Shown here in pieces: positions 1 through 6,845 of a DNA stretch of 27,345 bases. Position 1 is the stretch's first letter; the number at the start of each line of letters is the position of its first letter. The DNA lies in IMG/VR virus record IMGVR_UViG_3300034682_000170, positions 1 through 27,345 of that record; one strand, 5' to 3'. A model generated the notes under the pieces. It was not told the origin of the DNA, did not search any database, and saw only the letters and a list, made by a program, of their open reading frames with translations. The position numbers and the translations under genes are program-made. This DNA comes from a virus. Taxonomy: Duplodnaviria > Caudoviricetes.

Positions 1-61
1 CTAGCCAGAAATCAGCCTCGGGATAGTGGGTCTTGATGGTCGCTACATCACTCAGTCTCAT
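1..61 (-). CDS. N-terminus of small phage/plasmid hypothetical protein (runs off window)
   Basis: ATG at 61 on the minus strand reads MRLSDVATIKTHYPEADFWL..., downstream of a good sigma70 promoter at 135-163. Confidence 0.5.
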   Translation of the reverse strand, partial: MRLSDVATIKTHYPEADFWL

Positions 62-134
62 CTCGTTTCCATCGGTGGCATCAACTAGCCGCCTCAGAAT
101 TCGAGTGGCTTTCTGTGTGCCACCGTTGAGAGAT

Positions 135-163
135 ACAATAGGCGGATTCCGCCTATTGGTCAA
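135..163 (-). promoter_or_regulatory. sigma70 promoter overlapped by a perfect palindromic operator-like site
   Basis: Minus strand TTGACC-17 nt-TATTGT; CAATAGGCGGA-T-TCCGCCTATTG inverted repeat at 136-158. Confidence 0.65.
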
Positions 164-167
164 GCCA

Positions 168-221
168 TTTAATATTAAAATGATATTAAATTAATATTAT
201 ATTGATATTATTTTAATACCA
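168..221. repeat. AT-rich 11-bp-period repeat array A (parS/parH-like)
   Basis: (A/G)ATATTA-like cores at 171, 182, 193, 204, 215; same motif flanks parA. Confidence 0.7.
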
Positions 222-1398
222 TTTCGTCCTCAAGCCACTGATGGTAATGAACAAAGGCAGACATGATCTGCCCCTCCACCAGGGTGTTGATATAGGTCTT
301 GTCCAACTTGCTGAGGGCATGGTTTAGCATCAGTTCTGATACCAGGTAATCCACCCCCTGATCGGCCCAGCGTGTACGAGCCAGTTTCCTCAAGTCGTGG
401 GCGCTCCACTCTCGGTCACTGACGCTGGCGACCAAACGGCTGGCCTCTCTTGCCGACAGCGGCTCACCCTTGGCACCAGGGAACAGGTAAGCCCCCGAGT
501 ACCCATTGGACTGTTGCCAATGGCGGTAGGACTGCAACTCGCGCACAGTGAACGAGGTAAGCGGGATCCGGTGACTACGGCGCGGCTTGGTGTGCGCTGC
601 CGGGATATGCCAAGCTCCATCACCGACCAGATCGATGTCCCGCCAGCGAGCTTGGCGCGTCTCACCGATGCGAGTGGCATTAGCCAGCATCATCAAGCAG
701 AGCAGGCGGTCAGGGGCGGGAGAGGTTGATAACTGTGCAAGCACCTCTGCCACATGAGACGGGCGCAGGCGGCCAGGCTTGACTGACGCCTTGACCTTTA
801 TCAAGTCGCTGAAAGCGATGCCGTCGAGCGGGTCATGAGTGATGAGGCGCAGCTTACGGGCCTGAGTGACCGCCTGCTTGAGGATCCCCCACCCCCCACG
901 CGCCGTCTCGGCGTGATAGCCATGCTGATAATGCTGCATGGCCCTATCCAGTTCATGGCGGGGCGGAGTGAGTGGCATAGAACCAAACAAGGGGAGCAGC
1001 TGACATTTGATTTGGGATGCAATGGCCGCACGACGCGAGGGGGAGATCTGGCGATTGGTGCTTGAACGGTCAGCGTACCAGGTAAGCAAATCTGCAAAGG
1101 TGGCCATGCCACTGATGGCAGTATGCTCAGCGGGGTTTGTGATGATCGAGGCCAGCAAACGAGGGAGGGATGAGATTGTTTCGCTGGCCGTGACCGCTGG
1201 CCATGGGGCGACCTTTCGCCATATCTCAGCGCCGCCAGAGTAGACCACGGCATGCATAGAGCCGGTCTTCCTACCCTTGTGATAACGAAACCGGATCGGG
1301 TGAGCCGGGTCTTTTATTTCCCGGATAGCCAGGTTGGAAGAATGCCGCCTTATCGCGGCATCCGTCAGGGCGCAATGAATGGTGGGGCCTGTGCTCAA
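208..1398 (-). CDS. tyrosine recombinase / integrase family protein
   Basis: 396 aa; catalytic R (ATRIGE), K (HTKPRR), HxxR (HDLRK), H (LNH), Y (DKTY); integrase arm-binding-like N-terminus. Confidence 0.9.
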   Translation of the reverse strand: MSTGPTIHCALTDAAIRRHSSNLAIREIKDPAHPIRFRYHKGRKTGSMHAVVYSGGAEIWRKVAPWPAVTASETISSLPRLLASIITNPAEHTAISGMATFADLLTWYADRSSTNRQISPSRRAAIASQIKCQLLPLFGSMPLTPPRHELDRAMQHYQHGYHAETARGGWGILKQAVTQARKLRLITHDPLDGIAFSDLIKVKASVKPGRLRPSHVAEVLAQLSTSPAPDRLLCLMMLANATRIGETRQARWRDIDLVGDGAWHIPAAHTKPRRSHRIPLTSFTVRELQSYRHWQQSNGYSGAYLFPGAKGEPLSAREASRLVASVSDREWSAHDLRKLARTRWADQGVDYLVSELMLNHALSKLDKTYINTLVEGQIMSAFVHYHQWLEDEMVLK

Positions 1399-1640
1399 AA
1401 CTGCCCCCGGACAATGCGAGCCTGCGCCAGCCCAGCCCGCCGCAAGTAGGCGGCAAACCGATGAAAAGCAGCGATTGCCCCCTGGGCAGCCCGCACCATT
1501 GGCGATGAAGTGGGGGCGGCCAGCTCGTCACACACCCGCACCAGGTCATGCTTCCAAGTCAGATAGCGGCACTTATGTGCCACTCCTTTTGCCAGCCCTT
1601 GGCGCTTATGTGCCAGCTTTATGCGGTGGCTCAGCCTCAT
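1395..1640 (-). CDS. hypothetical phage protein
   Basis: 81 aa; 4-bp overlaps with both neighbours in the operon. Confidence 0.7.
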   Translation of the reverse strand: MRLSHRIKLAHKRQGLAKGVAHKCRYLTWKHDLVRVCDELAAPTSSPMVRAAQGAIAAFHRFAAYLRRAGLAQARIVRGQF

Positions 1641-2089
1641 AAGTTAAGCTCCAGGGCACCACGGGTAAGCCAACAGTCGGCTTGCCCCTTGAAGGTGCCG
1701 CCGCAATGCTCGGGAGGGATGCGCCCGCAATTCTCGCAGGGCTTATCGCTCAGCGCCTTGAGTTCACGGTTTAACCTGTCGGCATCGTGTAACAGCATCG
1801 TGGTGATGTAGTCCTGCAGCGAATAGTTTGAGGTTGACCAAATGGCCCTTATCTTCATTGCCTTTTCGAGGTGAGCTGATTCATTCGCACTGAACGACAC
1901 CATCACGGTGCATGCCTCACCAGGAACAAAGAGGGCCGTGGCCTGTTTGCGCTTTTCCCTGAAACGGGCTTGCCTGGCAGCGTTGCTTTTGTTGTCACGC
2001 TCCTTGCGTTCCTCCTCATCCAGGGCCCGACGTTTCTGGCGGCGAGGGCTGCCAATCAGATCGGCAATTGGCGGTTTATCTGCGGGCAT
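1637..2089 (-). CDS. hypothetical phage protein with C-terminal Cys cluster (putative Zn finger)
   Basis: Start ATG 2089 after GAGGTG; basic N-terminus; CENCG...HC...DC motif. Confidence 0.7.
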   Translation of the reverse strand: MPADKPPIADLIGSPRRQKRRALDEEERKERDNKSNAARQARFREKRKQATALFVPGEACTVMVSFSANESAHLEKAMKIRAIWSTSNYSLQDYITTMLLHDADRLNRELKALSDKPCENCGRIPPEHCGGTFKGQADCWLTRGALELNL

Positions 2090-2228
2090 ACAGCACCTCG
2101 TTATAGGGCAACCCGAGTGATTTACGCTCTTCCATTTCTTCAATGAGGCGGCGCTGGGATTGGCGAGATTTAAGCAACGGCAGGGCCGCTTGATCCTTTC
2201 TACGGTTGGTCAGGTTGTACGATGACAT
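2076..2228 (-). CDS. small hypothetical protein (50 aa, not in ORF track)
   Basis: MSSYNLTNRRKDQAALPLLKSRQSQRRLIEEMEERKSLGLPYNEVLYARR; GAGG RBS; TGATG coupling to the Q-like gene; fills the operon gap. Confidence 0.6.
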   Translation of the reverse strand: MSSYNLTNRRKDQAALPLLKSRQSQRRLIEEMEERKSLGLPYNEVLYARR

Positions 2229-2647
2229 CAGTCAATCCTCTTACGATTGGGATGGGTGGGTTGGTGTTGCGCCTCCAACGCAACGCTGATCGCCTTCTTG
2301 GCAGATCTCAGATCGTTCCAGTAAGTCTCCAGCTTGATACCTAACCGGATGGCCTTTGCCTCTTGGGCGCGGGCCTCATCAGGCATGCTCCAGATGTACT
2401 CAGCCCGCAGCACGCTGGCACGGCGCATCCCTACTTTGTTTTTTGCTGCCAATGCCATGAGCGCCGCCTCAATAGCGGCCTCAATGCCATCACAAACCAA
2501 TGGTTTGCCGCCACCGTTGTTGCCGGGGCCAGTCACACCAGAGGCGAGTATCTCCATCAATACCGCCGTGTTACTGCGGCCAGCGCCAGCCACAGGGCCT
2601 TGATGAACCCATCTGGCCCACGCCTCCAACGCGCGCTCCAGCGTCAT
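2228..2647 (-). CDS. antitermination protein Q-like late regulator
   Basis: LEAWARW N-terminus, LRAEY, C-terminal HTH-like AIRLGIKLETYWNDLRSA; position in early operon; ATGA overlap at 2644-2647. Confidence 0.65.
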   Translation of the reverse strand: MTLERALEAWARWVHQGPVAGAGRSNTAVLMEILASGVTGPGNNGGGKPLVCDGIEAAIEAALMALAAKNKVGMRRASVLRAEYIWSMPDEARAQEAKAIRLGIKLETYWNDLRSAKKAISVALEAQHQPTHPNRKRID

Positions 2648-2919
2648 CCACGCCCCCTTGCCCATGCTGGGCGGGTTGGCTTTCTAGCCTTGCTTTTTGC
2701 GGGAGCAGGTGGGTTTGCAATCTTTTGCAGGTCTCTGTAATGACGACACCACTTGCGCACCTCTTCACGGCGGGCAGCATCTTCAATGCGGGAGATCTCA
2801 AGCTTCACCTTTTCTGGCGTCCACTTGTTCGCAACCACATAGCTGATCCAGAGCGAGGCAACGCGCTGAGCGTCAATACTTAACCGAATGTCGGCGGGCA
2901 GGGTGGCAAGGTTGGTCAT
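2644..2919 (-). CDS. hypothetical protein, DUF3283/Pol III theta (HolE)-like
   Basis: 91 aa; N-terminal NLATLPADIRLSIDAQRVAS resembles the theta/DUF3283 pattern; coupled overlaps. Confidence 0.45.
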   Translation of the reverse strand: MTNLATLPADIRLSIDAQRVASLWISYVVANKWTPEKVKLEISRIEDAARREEVRKWCRHYRDLQKIANPPAPAKSKARKPTRPAWARGRG

Positions 2920-3089
2920 GACTTGCGCCTCGCCAAATAAACAAGCGGGCGAGGATCGGGGTAGAGCGATTTGGTAGCCTGAATGGCACGAAGAGTGCCG
3001 GTCGCAGGAACTTCAACAGCCCTCACCTCAGCGAGGCGAGTACCGATCAAGGTCAAGGCCGAAACGAGGTACTTCCCAATCGCAGGCAT
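2916..3089 (-). CDS. small hypothetical protein (57 aa, weakly Icd-like; not in ORF track)
   Basis: MPAIGKYLVSALTLIGTRLAEVRAVEVPATGTLRAIQATKSLYPDPRPLVYLARRKS; GGGGG RBS; ATGA overlap with next gene. Confidence 0.6.
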   Translation of the reverse strand: MPAIGKYLVSALTLIGTRLAEVRAVEVPATGTLRAIQATKSLYPDPRPLVYLARRKS

Positions 3090-3090
3090 A

Positions 3091-3480
3091 TCACCCCCTG
3101 GCAGCCAGATAGCGACAACGCATCACCGAATAGACATCGCTGGCCAAGGTGACATGGGGGAGAGCTGGCGCATCAAGACCGATCATCATGTCGCGACGAT
3201 CAATAGGGATAGAGGGGTGCGCTACCGGGCCGCGCAAATGACCGACAATGCCACCAAGGCGGCGAACCGTGTCCACTTCAATCAGCGAAGAAACAGGCAC
3301 AACCGTCAGCCAATCAGCATTGAATCGGTCGCGCTCCAGGGCGGCGCGAAGGGTGGCAGGACGGGCAGACTCTGGGCGATTCGCCACGGAGAAGCGTTGA
3401 ACCTTTGAGCGGCTGGCCATCAGCACATCAACCGCCTTCTCAAGCAGGTCAGGGGAGGGGGATACAAGGGCCAGGATCAT
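3091..3480 (-). CDS. hypothetical phage protein
   Basis: Start at 3480 overlaps the cro stop (ATGA); 129 aa. Confidence 0.65.
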   Translation of the reverse strand: MILALVSPSPDLLEKAVDVLMASRSKVQRFSVANRPESARPATLRAALERDRFNADWLTVVPVSSLIEVDTVRRLGGIVGHLRGPVAHPSIPIDRRDMMIGLDAPALPHVTLASDVYSVMRCRYLAARG

Positions 3481-3707
3481 GACTTGGGATCCCGCTTTGC
3501 AAGCACCTGCTTTCGCCACTCGTCGGTATCGATACCGGGCAGCACAGAGCCGATCAGCTCCAGCAACTTGATAGCCGGGTATCGGTCCAAGTTAACCAAT
3601 TTCTGTATGTACGACTCAGAAACGCCAAGCGTATCGGCCGCAGCTTTAACTGTATGAGACCAGCGCCTCGCGCCCCATTTTGAAGCGATTGCATCCCGAA
3701 ACGTCAT
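3477..3707 (-). CDS. cro: Cro-like HTH regulator
   Basis: 76 aa, HTH VKAAADTLGVSESYIQKLV; divergent from the repressor; first gene of the early operon. Confidence 0.75.
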   Translation of the reverse strand: MTFRDAIASKWGARRWSHTVKAAADTLGVSESYIQKLVNLDRYPAIKLLELIGSVLPGIDTDEWRKQVLAKRDPKS

Positions 3708-3722
3708 TTAAACAGCCCTTCG

Positions 3723-3806
3723 CAACCCAAAACGAAGCGAGTATAGCCATTTAAAATTCAAATTGCACTGCCTGTGCTTTACCGTTGCACTGATAGTGCT
3801 AGACTA
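3723..3806. promoter_or_regulatory. cro/cI divergent promoter-operator region
   Basis: Minus GTGCAA-17-TATACT (cro); plus TGC-TAGACT extended -10 (cI); CCAAAACGAAGCG at 3727-3739; GCAC-N5-GTGC palindromes at 3765-3777 and 3787-3799. Confidence 0.65.
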
Positions 3807-3866
3807 TGGGCATGTTTAGAGCCTCATTTGGAGGCTTATTTCCACTTGGGTATTAACAGGATAACT

Positions 3867-4487
3867 ATGTCCGAAACCAAAATGATCTCTGACCCTGAGA
3901 TGGATCGACAAAGAGCACGACTGATGGGCAACAAGATATACAAAGCCCGAGTTAGGCGGTGGCTTTATATATCCGAAGGGGCGAGCGCATTAAACATGCC
4001 GGCAAGCACCCTGGCCAATTACGAGCGGGGCGACAGGCTTGATGTGCTGGGCCGCTGGATGAACAACATGGAAAGGATTTTTGCCCCCACGCTGGGGGTT
4101 AACGTCAACTTCCTACTCGGCATGACAGACGATGACTGCACAGAAGAAACCTGGCGGGCCAATCAGAGACTTGGGAAAGAGATCTCAACCCTAGCGGGCA
4201 GTGAGAAGGGGTTATTTCCATTTCAGCTTGAGAATGACGGGATGCGGCCCGCGCACAAGAAAGGCGAGGTTTTACTGTTCGAACCCACCGACCATGTTGA
4301 TAAGAGCCAGGGCGGCCTCTACGTCGTGGAGATAGATGGAGCTATCACCCCAAGGTTATTTTCACGCAACGTTGATGGTGAAGGGTGGAGGGTAAAGGAT
4401 GGGGTCAGCGAGGAAACAATCACGGATGAAACGATGTGCTCTATCAAAATAAAAGGGGTCTACCGCTGTAAAGTGACCGACCTGTAA
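3867..4487 (+). CDS. cI: CI-like phage repressor (HTH plus degenerate S24-like domain)
   Basis: HTH ISEGASALNMPASTLANYERG, LGVNVNFLLG; C-terminal S24-like fold (LENDGMRP...GGLYVVEIDGAITPRLF); start ATG 3867 after CAGGA. Confidence 0.8.
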   Translation: MSETKMISDPEMDRQRARLMGNKIYKARVRRWLYISEGASALNMPASTLANYERGDRLDVLGRWMNNMERIFAPTLGVNVNFLLGMTDDDCTEETWRANQRLGKEISTLAGSEKGLFPFQLENDGMRPAHKKGEVLLFEPTDHVDKSQGGLYVVEIDGAITPRLFSRNVDGEGWRVKDGVSEETITDETMCSIKIKGVYRCKVTDL

Positions 4488-4517
4488 AAAGCCTGCCGGT
4501 ATAGCCGGGCTTTTTTT
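4487..4517 (+). terminator. intrinsic terminator after cI
   Basis: Imperfect GC stem followed by T7. Confidence 0.6.
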
Positions 4518-4528
4518 CGCCTATACAA

Positions 4529-4582
4529 AACCCAAAACGAAGCGCAAAGAGACGTTGACATGCCAAAACGAAGCGTAGAAGT
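4529..4582 (+). promoter_or_regulatory. promoter with two direct-repeat operators (PL-like)
   Basis: TTGACA at 4555-4560 flanked by CCAAAACGAAGCG at 4532-4544 and 4563-4575; -10 box unclear. Confidence 0.6.
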
Positions 4583-4619
4583 AGAAACAGCAAGAAAACT
4601 TGAAGGTGCAGCCCTGGAT

Positions 4620-4862
4620 ATGAGGGGGCTGATGGCGCTGGCTGAGCGAGTTCTCACCGGCATCCCGCAAGATCGACAGTTTGACAGTGTCATCAATGAC
4701 CTGATGGCCATCCAACACCACGGCGCGAGAATCCAGGAAGCACTTGGCCAATCACATGAGGTACTTCATGAGCTGAGCAATAAGCAGACTGATTTACTCA
4801 TGCACCAGGTAACACAACCAGGCGGATTACTCAGTCATTTGGAGGCAGTTGCAGCGTCATGA
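4620..4862 (+). CDS. hypothetical helical protein
   Basis: Start moved from 4560 (inside the promoter) to ATG 4620 (alternative 4632); ATGA overlap with next gene. Confidence 0.6.
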   Translation: MRGLMALAERVLTGIPQDRQFDSVINDLMAIQHHGARIQEALGQSHEVLHELSNKQTDLLMHQVTQPGGLLSHLEAVAAS

Positions 4863-5224
4863 TCACTGGAAAGGAATTCACCGCCATGCCGGGCCATGGA
4901 TTGGCGGCCAGAGAACTGGGCTTCTTGTTGCTGCATTGCGAGGGCGCATTGAGTCAGGACATCGAGCGCATCACCGGCATGGATAGCGCAGAACAGAGCA
5001 GCACAACACGCTCAATAATGAAGAAGCTGGAGGCCAGAACACAAAGCCACATGATCAGCCGCGCCTTCTCTCTCGGCATCATCATGAGTCGGGTGATCTG
5101 CTTCGTACTGGCATGCCTATCTGCCGACTACCATGACAGCATGAAGAACCGGAGCCCCATCAAGGGAGGCAGGCCGAGCAGCGTAATGGTCAGGATCAAG
5201 ACCAGCGCCAGAGACATAGTGTAA
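4859..5224 (+). CDS. LuxR-type HTH-only phage regulator
   Basis: GLAARELGFLLLHCEG...RSIMKKLEARTQSHMISRAFSLGII matches the LuxR C-terminal HTH pattern; no ligand-binding domain. Confidence 0.6.
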   Translation: MITGKEFTAMPGHGLAARELGFLLLHCEGALSQDIERITGMDSAEQSSTTRSIMKKLEARTQSHMISRAFSLGIIMSRVICFVLACLSADYHDSMKNRSPIKGGRPSSVMVRIKTSARDIV

Positions 5225-5261
5225 CGTATCACGGAGAATCGCCGCCGTTACGTAACGCAAG

Positions 5262-5290
5262 AGCCCAGCCACTGAGCTGGGATTTTTTTT
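5262..5290 (+). terminator. intrinsic terminator
   Basis: CCCAGC-CACTGA-GCTGGG followed by a T-run. Confidence 0.7.
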
Positions 5291-5305
5291 GCCTGAAACG
5301 GTTCA

Positions 5306-5350
5306 TTTAATATTAAATTAATATACTATTGGTATTAATTTAATATTAAA
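5306..5350. repeat. AT-rich 11-bp-period repeat array B (par operator/centromere)
   Basis: Cores at 5309, 5320, 5331, 5342, immediately upstream of the parA RBS (GGAGG). Confidence 0.75.
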
Positions 5351-5363
5351 AGGAGGGTTTTAC

Positions 5364-6002
5364 ATGATTATTGCAGTAGCGCACAACAAGGGCGGAGTAG
5401 GGAAAACCACTGCCACGGTACAACTGGCCGGGGAGCTGAAACCTGACCTCATTATCGATCAGGATGCACACCAAGGGATTGCCATCATCAACGCCCGGCG
5501 GCCCGCTGAACAGCGGTGGAGCGTACTGGCAGGGCTAAACAAGAGCGAGCTGATAAAGGAGCTGAATGGCTCAGGCAACAAGCTGATTTTGATCGACTGC
5601 GGCGGGTTTGACTCAGAGCTTACCCGCATAGCCATTGCCGCTGCCGACCTCATTATTTGTCCAAGCAACGACGACATTACAGAGCAGATCGGATTAGTCA
5701 GGTTCAACAAGGTGCTGTCCGAAATCAGCAAGGCTGCTGACACAACCATCACCGCAAACGTACTGATGACCAGGACGAACCCAAGCAGAAAGAATTTCAG
5801 CGCCATCAGCGAGGCCATCGACTCCCTGCCACACCTCAGAATGATGAGCAGTAAATTGAGCCGAAGGGCTGACTTCTCTATCCAAATGGAATATGGGCTT
5901 GGGGTAACCGAGAGGGCAGCGACACGAAGCAGTGAAGCGGGCAAAGAGGTCGTTGTGATGGTCAACGAAGTCAGAGAAAAACTTGCAAACCCCACGATTT
6001 AA
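5364..6002 (+). CDS. parA: ParA/ParF-family partition ATPase (type Ib)
   Basis: 212 aa; deviant Walker A HNKGGVGKTT, DQDAHQG, Walker B LIDCGG; no N-terminal HTH. Confidence 0.92.
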   Translation: MIIAVAHNKGGVGKTTATVQLAGELKPDLIIDQDAHQGIAIINARRPAEQRWSVLAGLNKSELIKELNGSGNKLILIDCGGFDSELTRIAIAAADLIICPSNDDITEQIGLVRFNKVLSEISKAADTTITANVLMTRTNPSRKNFSAISEAIDSLPHLRMMSSKLSRRADFSIQMEYGLGVTERAATRSSEAGKEVVVMVNEVREKLANPTI

Positions 6003-6042
6003 TATTAATTTAATATCATATTAATATTAAAAGGGTATTAAA
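5998..6042. repeat. AT-rich 11-bp-period repeat array C
   Basis: Cores at 6001, 6012, 6023, 6034, between parA and its partner gene. Confidence 0.75.
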
Positions 6043-6282
6043 ATGAAGAGAAAGGCACTTGACTTAACATCTCTCGGTGAAGGCGCGGCGTTGAGAGAAG
6101 CGGTGACAATAGACACACCAAGTAGGAAAGCGGCAACAAAGCCCAAGGAGATTAGAAACATGCCGGTAGAGTTCTTTAACCGCCATGCAGCACTAAAGGC
6201 CCAGGGTAAAACCGGCCTGCTTTTCACAGCGTTCATTATTGAGGCAACCAGAAAGGCACTTGAGGAACACGAACAGCAGTAA
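6043..6282 (+). CDS. small centromere-binding partition partner (ParG-like, probable ribbon-helix-helix)
   Basis: 79 aa directly after parA; flexible basic N-terminus, C-terminal IRNMPVEFF...FTAFIIEATRKALE. Confidence 0.7.
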   Translation: MKRKALDLTSLGEGAALREAVTIDTPSRKAATKPKEIRNMPVEFFNRHAALKAQGKTGLLFTAFIIEATRKALEEHEQQ

Positions 6283-6351
6283 CCAAAACAATGCGGGCCA
6301 GGATGTAAGAGATCCCGGCCCGCGAGTTGATAGCACCTTGGAGGGGTAACC

Positions 6352-6498
6352 ATGCAACTAATTACGCATTCTAACAAAACTCGAAATCGCCTGACAGGTC
6401 TTTTCGCCCTGCCGCGCAATGAGTTAGCTCAGACCCTTGTCAGCCTTGGGGTCAGCCACTGGGTAGCAGTGGCGATAATGCGCAGCGTGAGTCGATAG
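6352..6498 (+). CDS. possible 48-aa small protein
   Basis: Strong GGAGGGG RBS; MQLITHSNKTRNRLTGLFALPRNELAQTLVSLGVSHWVAVAIMRSVSR; followed by a hairpin; overlaps the opposite-strand ORF. Confidence 0.4.
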   Translation: MQLITHSNKTRNRLTGLFALPRNELAQTLVSLGVSHWVAVAIMRSVSR

Positions 6499-6666
6499 CA
6501 ACAAGCCCCCGCCCTGGGGGCTTGTTATTTCCATGGACAATGCCTTTGCCTCCATCACCAGCGCCGTGACCTTACCGTCACATACCTCCGGGCTCATATA
6601 GCAAACAAGCTCAGACAACAGCACATCCAAGCGCCTGGCCACTTCTGTATTGACATACATCGTCAT
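6424..6666 (-). CDS. small protein paralogous to 9210-9455 (candidate antirepressor 2)
   Basis: 80 aa from ATG 6666; RLDVLLSELVCYMSPEVCD aligns with RLAAKLRALVLYQTPEVCD. Confidence 0.6.
   Translation of the reverse strand: MTMYVNTEVARRLDVLLSELVCYMSPEVCDGKVTALVMEAKALSMEITSPQGGGLLLSTHAAHYRHCYPVADPKADKGLS
6500..6530. terminator. hairpin / possible terminator
   Basis: AACAAGCCCCC-GCCCT-GGGGGCTTGTT 11-bp perfect stem then ATTT. Confidence 0.55.
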
Positions 6667-6731
6667 TATCAAACCCGTTATTTATTGATTTATCCCGCGA
6701 CAAATACTACTCCGACCAAGCCATGGCTGCT

Positions 6732-6775
6732 CGCCACTTATGGCGGATTTGCTACGCTAAAAACCATAAATGGTT
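6732..6775. promoter_or_regulatory. two CCA-N4-TGG palindromes, candidate XRE operators
   Basis: CGCCACTTATGGCG (6732-6745) and AACCATAAATGGTT (6762-6775), 30 bp apart in the divergent intergenic region. Confidence 0.4.
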
Positions 6776-6845
6776 GTCAGATCTTACAACCCGTAAGACG
6801 AGCGACATCTCATGACGGGCGCGGGATGCTCATAAGGAACCATCT

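Noticed and set aside
208-1398. Protelomerase / N15-like linear plasmid
   Set aside because: The protein is integrase-type, no long telRL palindrome is seen, and RepA is not a primase-helicase.
3774-3866. Longer N-terminus of CI given by the ORF track
   Set aside because: It overlaps promoter/operator DNA; ATG 3867 has an RBS. The same logic applies to track starts at 4560, 9548, 11544, 15558 and 22795.
4859-5224. Quorum-sensing LuxR receptor
   Set aside because: Only the HTH part is present; there is no autoinducer-binding or PAS domain.
6645-6660. CTGTATTGACATACAT as a second LexA box
   Set aside because: It ends CAT, not the essential CAG, and lies inside the coding region; at best a relic. 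The embedded TTGACA has no matching -10.
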